Shown: piece after piece, positions 1-6,883 of the stretch
Numbering within the stretch: the first letter of the stretch is position 1
Layout of the letters: each line of letters starts with the position of its first letter
Assembly (NCBI GenBank): GCA_043803745.1
Contig: JAZDJS010000029.1
Location: 1 to 12,319, forward strand
Source of the DNA: an archaeon
GTDB taxonomy: Archaea > SpSt-1190 > DYHY01
DNA length: 12,319 bases
Direction of reading: 5' to 3'
The notes under the pieces: generated by a model
Database searches by the model: none
Told to the model about the DNA's origin: nothing
The model's input: only the letters and a program-made list of their open reading frames with translations
Program-made: the position numbers and the translations under genes

Positions 1-735
1 AGGGAACTCGGATGCAGGATTCATGACGGCGGCTCATATGCCTTGAAGCAGGGACCTGAGTTTGAAACCGCGAAGGAAATCGACGACCTCAGAAGGCTTG
101 GCTACGATGTTGTCGGAATGACCACCCTCACCGAAGCGAAGATTGCAAAGCAGGCGGGGATCCCCCTTGGAACAGTCTGCCTTGTCACGAACCTTGCCCA
201 AGGAAAGGAGGGACAGGTGAGCGATGCGGAAGTGCAGGCGGCAATGAAGAAAAAAGGGGCTGAATTCATCAAACTGCTTCGGGCTGCTGTCGGGAAGCTG
301 AGAAGCGACCTGGAAATTGCGACGGCGAGTCTTGCCGCCGGAAGAAAAGTGTCAATAGTCAATGACGGGAAAATCTCCTTTGAAAGCGAGAAGGGCGGGG
401 TTTCCTCCCTCCTGGAAGCAATCGATTCCGGGAGGAACTTTTCCGGAAGCTCGGCCGCCGACACGATTATTGGGAAGGCTGCGGCAGTCATTTTCAAGAA
501 ACTCGGGATACGGCGGGTTTATGCGGGAGCCCTCAGCAAGGCGGGAAAGGAAGCGCTCGAGGAGGCTGGAATTGAATTTTCCTTCGGAACACTTGTCGAG
601 AACATACTGAACCGGGAGAAAACCAGCCTCTGCCCGTTCGAGAAAATAGCGATTGACGAAGAGAAGAATCCGGAAGGGGCAATCGGGAAAATGCGGGCCT
701 TACTAGCTTCCCTTAAATCCAGCCCCGTTTCCTGA
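1..735 (+). CDS. 5'-truncated purine nucleoside phosphorylase (PNP/MTAP family) fused to a C-terminal DUF1893 (TM1506-like) domain
   Basis: Frame 1 is open from base 1 (RELGCRIHDGGSYALKQGPEFET...), so the TTG at 43 is not the true start. PNP/MTAP C-terminal motifs GPEFET, DVVGMT..EA and VTNLAQG are present. From about nt 301, DUF1893-type motifs follow: DLEIA..L, GVSSLL, AADTIIGKAAA, RVYA..LS, LVENILNR...LCPFE. Stop TGA at 733-735. Confidence 0.85.
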   Translation, partial: RELGCRIHDGGSYALKQGPEFETAKEIDDLRRLGYDVVGMTTLTEAKIAKQAGIPLGTVCLVTNLAQGKEGQVSDAEVQAAMKKKGAEFIKLLRAAVGKLRSDLEIATASLAAGRKVSIVNDGKISFESEKGGVSSLLEAIDSGRNFSGSSAADTIIGKAAAVIFKKLGIRRVYAGALSKAGKEALEEAGIEFSFGTLVENILNREKTSLCPFEKIAIDEEKNPEGAIGKMRALLASLKSSPVS

Positions 736-1768
736 AATAGAAAAGCATTCCTCCGGAAAGCGAAACCATCAGGAACAGCATTATTGGGAAGCCGAGCTCG
801 GATGAGAGGCCCGGCAGATACTTGAAATTCATCCCGTAGAGCCCCGCAAGGAACGAGAGGGGCATGAATACCGTAGTTATTATGGTCAGGAGCTTCACAA
901 CCTCGTTTGTCTTGTTGCTTATGCTCGAGAGGTATGTGTCGAGCATTTCCGAGAGCATCTCGAGGAAAGTCTCGACTGTGTCAATTACCTGTATTGTGTG
1001 GTCGTAGACCTCGCGCAAGTATGTCCGGGCATATTCGGAAATGACCGGAGATTCGTCGCTCTCAATCTTCCTTATCGCCTCCCGGAGGGGCCAGACTGAC
1101 TTGCGCAGGAAAAGGGCTTCGCGCTTCAGCTTGTAAACTGAAGTTAGGAGCTTGGGGCTCGGATTCGCGACAAGCAGTTCCTCAAGAACCTCTATCTCCT
1201 CCCCGACCTTCTCAAGGACGAGGAAATAGTTCTCCACAATCGAGTCAAGGAGCCTGTAGACAAGATAGTCTGCGCCGTTCTTCCTCGTCTTTCCCTTGCC
1301 GCTCCGGATCCTCTCGCGGACCCATTCGAATACATCCCCGCCAGGGAGCTCCTGTACCGAGATCACTAGCCCGTTCTCAAGGATAATGCTCACCTGCTCG
1401 GAATGTATCTCCTTCTTCTCCGCGCCATAGGAAAGCATTTTCAGGACAATGTAGATGTGCTTTTCATATTCCTCCGACTTGGGCCTCTGGGACGGATTTG
1501 CAATATCCTCGAGGACGAGGGGGTGGACCCCGAACTTTTCCCGGAGCTTTTCAACCTCATCAGACCCCGGAAAACCGTCAATGTTAATCCAGAGGATGCC
1601 TCCAGGCCTCCTTTTTGAAAGGTCGATTTCGGAAAGGGACTTTACGGTCCGGGAAACATAGCCTTCAGACCAGTATTCGAAAATCTCTATCTTCGCCCCG
1701 GGAGCCTTTTCCGACTTTATATCCTTCCTGACGAATATGTCGACCTTTCGGGTCATTGGAGATTTCAT
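713..1768 (-). CDS. corA: Magnesium/cobalt transporter CorA
   Basis: 351 aa with WINIDG, HPLVLEDI...QRPK, YLREVYDH and the signature GLYGMNF between two C-terminal hydrophobic helices. A GGAGAGG SD-like motif lies on the minus strand at 1776-1782. Confidence 0.96.
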   Translation of the reverse strand: MKSPMTRKVDIFVRKDIKSEKAPGAKIEIFEYWSEGYVSRTVKSLSEIDLSKRRPGGILWINIDGFPGSDEVEKLREKFGVHPLVLEDIANPSQRPKSEEYEKHIYIVLKMLSYGAEKKEIHSEQVSIILENGLVISVQELPGGDVFEWVRERIRSGKGKTRKNGADYLVYRLLDSIVENYFLVLEKVGEEIEVLEELLVANPSPKLLTSVYKLKREALFLRKSVWPLREAIRKIESDESPVISEYARTYLREVYDHTIQVIDTVETFLEMLSEMLDTYLSSISNKTNEVVKLLTIITTVFMPLSFLAGLYGMNFKYLPGLSSELGFPIMLFLMVSLSGGMLFYFRKRGWI

Positions 1769-1793
1769 TTCGGAACCTCTCCTGCCGCCGGGC

Positions 1794-1827
1794 TATTTGA
1801 ATTTTTCCCTTGGATAAGTGTTAAAAG
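1794..1827. promoter_or_regulatory. Divergent TATA-like elements for corA (-) and the beta-propeller gene (+)
   Basis: Minus strand TTCAAATA (1794-1801) preceded by GAAAA. Plus strand TTAAAAG (1821-1827) about 22 nt before the ATG at 1849. Confidence 0.45.
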
Positions 1828-1848
1828 GCAAGTTCTCAATTGTCCGGA

Positions 1849-4089
1849 ATGGTTGTCGAACTACGGAAGGGAAGCGCGGATCTTGTTGCGCTTGCGATTA
1901 TTGTAACGGCAGTTGTCGTTTCAGGAGCGTTCATTTTCTCGGGAGGGCTTCCCGTCTCCAAACCGACATCAGGCGCGGATTTCTTCTCCGAAACCCCGAC
2001 AGGGGAGCTCCGGAAGTTCGCAAATGCTGCGGAAATCGAGGACTTCCTTGCGCTCGGACAGGGTGCGGGAACCTCGCGAACCGGCTATGACGGCGGTCTT
2101 GTGAAAGCAAGCGCATCCTCCGCCGAGGATTCCTCGGGTTTGTCTGCCCCGTCAGCCGGTGCCCAAGGGGACGGCTATTCCACGACGAACGTCCAGTATG
2201 CCGGGGTTGATGAGGCGGATTTCGTCAAAAACGACGGAAGATACATCTATGTTGTTTCGGGCCAGAGCATCCTGATAATCGATTCCAATTCGGGCGAAAT
2301 GCAAAAGGCTTCCGAAATAAAGATTCCAAGTAAAAATTCCTGGGGGGAGGCACCTAAAGAAATCTTCGTCAAGGACGACCGCCTTTTCGTTGTTGCGGAA
2401 GGGAACGAGGCAGGGTATTATTTCCAGAAATATGACATACTCCCCCAGCAGTACAATAGGCAGTTCACAAGGATATTCGTCTACGATACCGCGGACAAGG
2501 CGAACCCCGTCCTTCTGAGAAACCTGACTGTCAGCGGAAACTATTTCCAGTCAAGGCTCATAGAGGGTTATGTTTTCCTCGTTACGAATGAATACCCAAG
2601 CTACTCCCGGGTCTATCCGCCGGTCCTTTTCGCCGGGGGCTTGAAGGTTTCCCCGGAGGTCTACTATTTCGACAACCCGGAGGAGAATCACCAGTTTTCG
2701 ACCGTTGCCTCAGTTAGCATAAACAGCGGGGAGCTTGCGCAGGCGAAAAGTTTCCTGATAGGCTATGCGAACACCCTGATGGTTTCCGAGAACAGCATAT
2801 ACATAGCATACCAGAAAAGCCGTCCCTGTTCCTGGCGTTTCTGGAGCTGCTACAGCAGCCAAGGAAATTACGAGCGGGAAAGGTTCTTCGAGGTTGTCCT
2901 TCCCCTCCTTGGCGGACAAGTCAGGCAGAGGATAGATGGAATAGTTTCCCAGGGACTCGCAGAAGATGAGGAATGGGAACAGATTTCAGCAGTGCTTTCC
3001 GATTTCTACACGGGCTTGAGCGAGAAAGGCGCGCTCTCCAGCGAGGATTCAGCCCTTCTTGAAAAGATAGAAGCCGCCCTTCAGGAATACGACCTCAGGA
3101 AGGAACTTGAGGAAACTCAGACGGTGATACACAAGATTGCGATTGGAAAAGCTGACGGGAGCATTGAATATTCCTCCAAGGGGGAGGTTCCCGGAAGCCT
3201 GCTGAACCAGTTTTCCCTTGACGATTCGGAAGGCAAACTCCGGGTTGCGACAACGTTCTCCGGCTGGTTTTCGAGCGGGAGCGTCCAGTTCAACAACGTC
3301 TATCTGCTTGACCAGGGAATGAGGACGACTGGAAAGCTTGAGAACATTTCGGCTGGGGAGAGGATATACTCGACAAGGTTCATAGGGGACCGTCTCTACA
3401 TGGTTACCTTCCGCCAGACCGACCCGCTTTTCGTAATAGACCTTTCCGGAGAGAACCCGGCGATTCTCGGGGAACTCCACATCCCAGGGTTCAGCAACTA
3501 TTTGCACCCGTACAAAGGGGACTATCTGATAGGTGTCGGAAGGGAAACGAAGGAGAATGAAAATGGCGGCACAGTAATCCAGGGAGTGAAAATCGCCCTT
3601 TTCGACGTTTCGGACGTTTCAAATCCGCAACAGGTTGACAAGTTCGAGATAGGAACGCGGGAGTCGGACAGCGCAGCGCTCTATGACCACAAGGCGTTCC
3701 TCCTCTCGGAAGCGAAGGGGATATTGTCAATCCCGATAAGCGAAACCGAATATGTCGAGCTTCTTCCGGAAGAAACAATCCCAGGAAAAGTCTATTATCC
3801 GAGATACAAATACCGGATCTGGACTGGGGCATATGTCCTCAACGTTTCGGAATCGGGATTCGGGCTTGCGGGAACTGTCGAGCACTCGAGCTTTGAAAAC
3901 AGCTATTTCTACTGGAATTCTCAGTCAACTGTGACGCGAAGCCTCTATATCGGGGACATTCTCTACACGGTGTCGGAGAAATACCTGAAGGCGAACGCGC
4001 TCCCGGGTCTTGAAGCGACGGGCAGCATCACAATCTCCCCGGAAATTGAAAAGGGAATCGGCTATCCGGAACCTTTGATTGCCGAGTGA
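1849..4089 (+). CDS. Secreted or membrane-anchored beta-propeller domain protein (Beta_propel / COG4880-like)
   Basis: N-terminal hydrophobic segment LVALAIIVTAVVVSGAFIF. Family motifs YSTTNVQYAGVDEADFVKNDGRYIY, VPGSLLNQFSLD, GERIYSTRF, YMVTFRQTDPLFVIDLS, LGELHIPGFSNYLHP, GVKIALFDVSD and ALYDHKAFL. ATG 1849 is preferred over TTG 1840 because of TATA spacing. Confidence 0.88.
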   Translation: MVVELRKGSADLVALAIIVTAVVVSGAFIFSGGLPVSKPTSGADFFSETPTGELRKFANAAEIEDFLALGQGAGTSRTGYDGGLVKASASSAEDSSGLSAPSAGAQGDGYSTTNVQYAGVDEADFVKNDGRYIYVVSGQSILIIDSNSGEMQKASEIKIPSKNSWGEAPKEIFVKDDRLFVVAEGNEAGYYFQKYDILPQQYNRQFTRIFVYDTADKANPVLLRNLTVSGNYFQSRLIEGYVFLVTNEYPSYSRVYPPVLFAGGLKVSPEVYYFDNPEENHQFSTVASVSINSGELAQAKSFLIGYANTLMVSENSIYIAYQKSRPCSWRFWSCYSSQGNYERERFFEVVLPLLGGQVRQRIDGIVSQGLAEDEEWEQISAVLSDFYTGLSEKGALSSEDSALLEKIEAALQEYDLRKELEETQTVIHKIAIGKADGSIEYSSKGEVPGSLLNQFSLDDSEGKLRVATTFSGWFSSGSVQFNNVYLLDQGMRTTGKLENISAGERIYSTRFIGDRLYMVTFRQTDPLFVIDLSGENPAILGELHIPGFSNYLHPYKGDYLIGVGRETKENENGGTVIQGVKIALFDVSDVSNPQQVDKFEIGTRESDSAALYDHKAFLLSEAKGILSIPISETEYVELLPEETIPGKVYYPRYKYRIWTGAYVLNVSESGFGLAGTVEHSSFENSYFYWNSQSTVTRSLYIGDILYTVSEKYLKANALPGLEATGSITISPEIEKGIGYPEPLIAE

Positions 4090-4104
4090 GTGGACAGGGA
4101 AAAA

Positions 4105-5264
4105 ATGGCAGAGGAAACGGATGTTTACAGGAAAAGCCTTGCGCTTCACAGGAAGCTTGCGGGAAAGCTCGAGATTTCGAGCAAGATAAAAATAACGAGC
4201 CGCAGGATTCTTTCGCTGGTATATACCCCGGGAGTTGCGGAGCCTTCGAAGCTTTTGGGAAGCAGCCCTGCAAAGGCGCGGGAGCTTACGATAAAAGGGA
4301 ATTCGGTTGCGGTTGTTTCGGACGGGTCAGCTGTTCTGGGCCTTGGAAACATCGGGCCATATGGCGCAATCCCGGTAATGGAGGGAAAGCGGTCCTTTTC
4401 AAGGAGCTTGGCGGGGTTGATGCATTCCCCATATGCCTTGCAACGCAGGAAACGAACGAAATAGTCGAGACAGTCCGGCGGATTGCCCCGGTTTTCGGGG
4501 GGATAAACCTAGAGGACATTTCAGCCCCAAGATGCTTTGAAATCGAAGAAGCTCTCCAAGATCTGGGAATTCCGGTAATGCACGACGACCAGCACGGAAC
4601 CGCAATTGTCGTGCTTGCTGCGCTTAAGAACGCGTTCAAGGTTGCTGGAAAAAGGCCGAAGGATTGCAAAATTGTCATTAGCGGGGCTGGAGCGGCCGGG
4701 ATTGCTGTTGCAAGGCTTCTTCTCGCTTCCGAAACGCGCCCGGGAGAGCTCGTCCTCTCCGACAGCAAGGGAATTGTCTCAACTGACCGGGAAGACCTCA
4801 ACAGCTACAAAAAGGGGATTGCCGAACTAACGAACCAGAAACAGACCGGAACCCTTGAAGATGCGCTCAAAGGCGCCGACGTTTTCATCGGGCTTTCAGC
4901 TCCCGGAATCGTCCGGGCGGAAATGATTGCGCGGATGAAGCCAAGGGCAATTGTCCTTGCAATGGCGAATCCGGTCCCGGAAATAATGCCTGAAGTGGCT
5001 AAGAAGGGCGGAGCATACATAATCGGGACCGGAAGGAGCGATTATCCCAACCAGATAAACAACGTCCTCGCATTCCCCGGGATTTTCCGAGGGGCCCTAG
5101 ATTCGGGGGCCACGAAGATAACAACGGAAATGAAGCTTTCCGCAGCAGAGGCAATCGCAAACCTTGTGAAAACTCCGACAAGGAAGAAGATAATTCCCGA
5201 CGCCCTTGACAAGCGGGCGGCGAAGGCCGTTGCTGCCGCGGTCGCAAGGAACTGGCGGGGCTAG
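4105..5264 (+). CDS. NAD(P)-dependent malic enzyme split by a -1 frameshift at about 4383-4389 (recoded gene, pseudogene or sequence error)
   Basis: The frame of ORF 4090-4464 gives the N-terminus (LSLVYTPGVAEP, AVVSDGSAVLGLGNIGP, PVMEGK). The frame of ORF 4086-5264 gives the rest (KAVLFKELGGVDAFPI, INLEDISAPRCF, HDDQHGTA, GAGAAG, AMANPVPEI, TGRSDYPNQINNVLAFPGIFRGALD). The joined product is 386 aa. Confidence 0.92.
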
Positions 5265-5273
5265 ACAATCAGG

Positions 5274-5281
5274 TTTTTAAG
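5274..5281 (+). promoter_or_regulatory. TATA box for tRNA-Leu; the T-run may double as terminator of the malic enzyme gene
   Basis: TTTTTAAG about 28 nt upstream of the tRNA 5' end. Confidence 0.55.
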
Positions 5282-5308
5282 GCGGGCTTTGGAACTGGCT
5301 AGCCGCGA

Positions 5309-5395
5309 GCAGGGATATCCGAGCGGTCAAAGGAGCAAGGTTCAGGTCCTTGTGGCTTAGTGCCTTCGTGGGTTCAAATCCCTCTCCCTGCACCA
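5309..5395 (+). tRNA. trnL: tRNA-Leu (anticodon CAG), intronless, CCA encoded
   Basis: Acceptor stem GCAGGGA/TCCCTGC followed by A-CCA. D-arm TCC GAGCGGTCAAA GGA. Anticodon stem CAAGG/CCTTG with loop TTCAGGT (CAG at 5343-5345). Long variable arm GGC TTAGT GCC. T-loop TTCAAAT. Confidence 0.96.
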
Positions 5396-5400
5396 GAACC

Positions 5401-5424
5401 CCCTTTCTTTTGGAAAAGAAAAGG
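5401..5424 (+). terminator. Pyrimidine tract and AT-rich hairpin downstream of the tRNA
   Basis: TTTCTTT-TGGA-AAAGAAA inverted repeat; the oligo-T tract fits archaeal termination. Confidence 0.4.
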
Positions 5425-5553
5425 CATTCACATTTCCAAAGAAAACCTGCCCGTTCATTGGGCGGACCACATTTCCGTGAACTATTTTGCTACCGTAGAC
5501 GTCACTCAGTTCATAGAAGAATCTATAAATTTTCAACCAATAGAGGCGAGAAT

Positions 5554-6051
5554 ATGAAAGAAAAATCCAAATTCTCGGTCGTACACAAAGACAAGTCGAT
5601 TGCAAAGCTCGTGAGCAAAACCGACCATAAAATATTGGCCGTCTGGGCAATTGATTGCGCCGAGCGGGTCATGCCCTACTTTAAGGAAAAGTATCCGGAA
5701 GACCGTCGCCCTCGAAACGCTATCGAAGCAAGCAGAGCATGGATACGCACGGGGATGTTTAAGATGGCCGACATACGCAAGGCTGCGCTTGCAGCCCATG
5801 CTGCCGCCCGTGAAGTGGGAGGGGACAATGCGGCTCGCTCCGCTGCCCGTGCCGCAGGTCAAGCGGGGGCAACTGCACACGTTCCCGCCCATTCCGTTGG
5901 CGCTGCAAATTATGCCTTACAGGCCATCCATAGAGCCACCAACGCCCCTGATGCCGATGCTGCCATAGCCAAAGAACGGGAATGGCAACTGCGGCACTTG
6001 CTTGAACTGAAGAATCGCCCCAAGAAGGCTTTGCCCATAAAATCAGTTTAA
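5554..6051 (+). CDS. Imm5-like putative immunity protein (alpha-helical)
   Basis: 165 aa from ATG 5554; the longer ORF call overlaps the tRNA. Pattern HK.LA.WA.DCAERV.PYF...YP.D.RPR.AIEA.RAW, AALAAHAAARE, AARAAGQA.ATAHV..H, EREWQ. CTATAAAT at 5523-5530 upstream. Confidence 0.75.
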   Translation: MKEKSKFSVVHKDKSIAKLVSKTDHKILAVWAIDCAERVMPYFKEKYPEDRRPRNAIEASRAWIRTGMFKMADIRKAALAAHAAAREVGGDNAARSAARAAGQAGATAHVPAHSVGAANYALQAIHRATNAPDADAAIAKEREWQLRHLLELKNRPKKALPIKSV

Positions 6052-6067
6052 TTTTTTACTTCTTGGG

Positions 6068-6078
6068 CAAATCCCTCT
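6068..6078 (+). repeat. 11-bp direct repeat of the tRNA-Leu T-arm (CAAATCCCTCT, other copy at 5375-5385); possible att-site relic
   Basis: Exact match between 5375-5385 and 6068-6078, bracketing only the Imm5-like gene. Confidence 0.55.
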
Positions 6079-6118
6079 ATTTGGGAAAGCATAAAAGACC
6101 GGCCAACCCCCCGGCAGA

Positions 6119-6883
6119 ATGTCGCTTTTTCTCCAGGCTTTCCTCGGAGGCCTTCTCGTCCTTCTCGCAACATCCCTCGGAGCGGTGATTGGAACTTTTG
6201 CAAGAAGGGTGAAAAAGTGCGACTGCTACATTCTCCTTTCCTTTGCCGCGGGAGTGATGGCGTTTTCAGTCTATGAAATGAGTCTCGAGTCGCTGAAAAA
6301 GTCCGGCGCATTCGCAAGCTTTGTCGGAAGCGCGGTCGGATTCCTAATTTTCTTCCTGATTGAGCGGCTACTGCCGCACACGCATCTGCTGCGTAATGGA
6401 AGCGAGAAAGGAAGGAAAAAGACAAAGACGTTCCTGCTCCTCGGCGCGATTGCAATACACAACATTCCAGAGGGGCTTGCGGTCGGCTCTGCATTCGCAG
6501 GCTCCGCCGTTTTCGGCTGGTTTGTATCATCCTCGATTGCAATACAAGACATTCCCGAAGGTCTTTTGATTACCGCGCCCTTGATAATATACGGGCTTTC
6601 TACCAGAAAGTCCCTCTTTTACGGGATTCTCTCCGGCGTTTCGGAAACGGCTGCTGCGATAGTCGGATTCATCTTCCTTAGCAGGGTCTCCGCGCTCGTG
6701 CCGTTCGCCCTTGCGTTTTCCTCCGGCGCAATGACCTATGTAATACTTGTCGAGCTCCTGCCGGACGCGCTTTCCGAGGAGGGAAAAAAGGGCAGAACAG
6801 TCTTCTCTTTCATCCTGGGAATTTTCCTTACCTGGTTGCTTGCATCCCTTCTCGGGGTCAGTGCGGGAACTGGCGTAGTTTAA
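6119..6883 (+). CDS. ZIP family (ZupT/GufA-like) divalent metal transporter
   Basis: Multiple hydrophobic segments with SFAAGVM, LPHTH, AIAIHNIPEGLAVG, IAIQDIPEG and GAMTYVILVELLP. Confidence 0.94.
   Translation: MSLFLQAFLGGLLVLLATSLGAVIGTFARRVKKCDCYILLSFAAGVMAFSVYEMSLESLKKSGAFASFVGSAVGFLIFFLIERLLPHTHLLRNGSEKGRKKTKTFLLLGAIAIHNIPEGLAVGSAFAGSAVFGWFVSSSIAIQDIPEGLLITAPLIIYGLSTRKSLFYGILSGVSETAAAIVGFIFLSRVSALVPFALAFSSGAMTYVILVELLPDALSEEGKKGRTVFSFILGIFLTWLLASLLGVSAGTGVV

Noticed and set aside
713-735. Convergent 3' overlaps (23 bp here and 4 bp at 6880-6883) as antisense regulation
   Set aside because: Short convergent overlaps are routine in compact archaeal genomes.
4086-4382. N-terminal part of the 392-aa ORF 4086-5264 as real protein
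   Set aside because: The malic enzyme N-terminal motifs are in the other frame; this stretch is an off-frame extension.
5309-5395. Suppressor or Sec tRNA reading of the TTCA in the anticodon loop
   Set aside because: The 5-bp stem and 7-nt loop place CAG at positions 34-36; the A discriminator and long variable arm fit tRNA-Leu.
5404-5444. Alternative pairing TTTCTTTTGGAAA/TTTCCAAAGAAA as an attenuator switch
   Set aside because: Low-complexity AT-rich sequence upstream of the next gene's own TATA box, with no supporting context.
5350-5553. N-terminal extension of the 233-aa ORF
   Set aside because: It overlaps tRNA-Leu and the spacer; a TATA box and the family pattern support ATG 5554.
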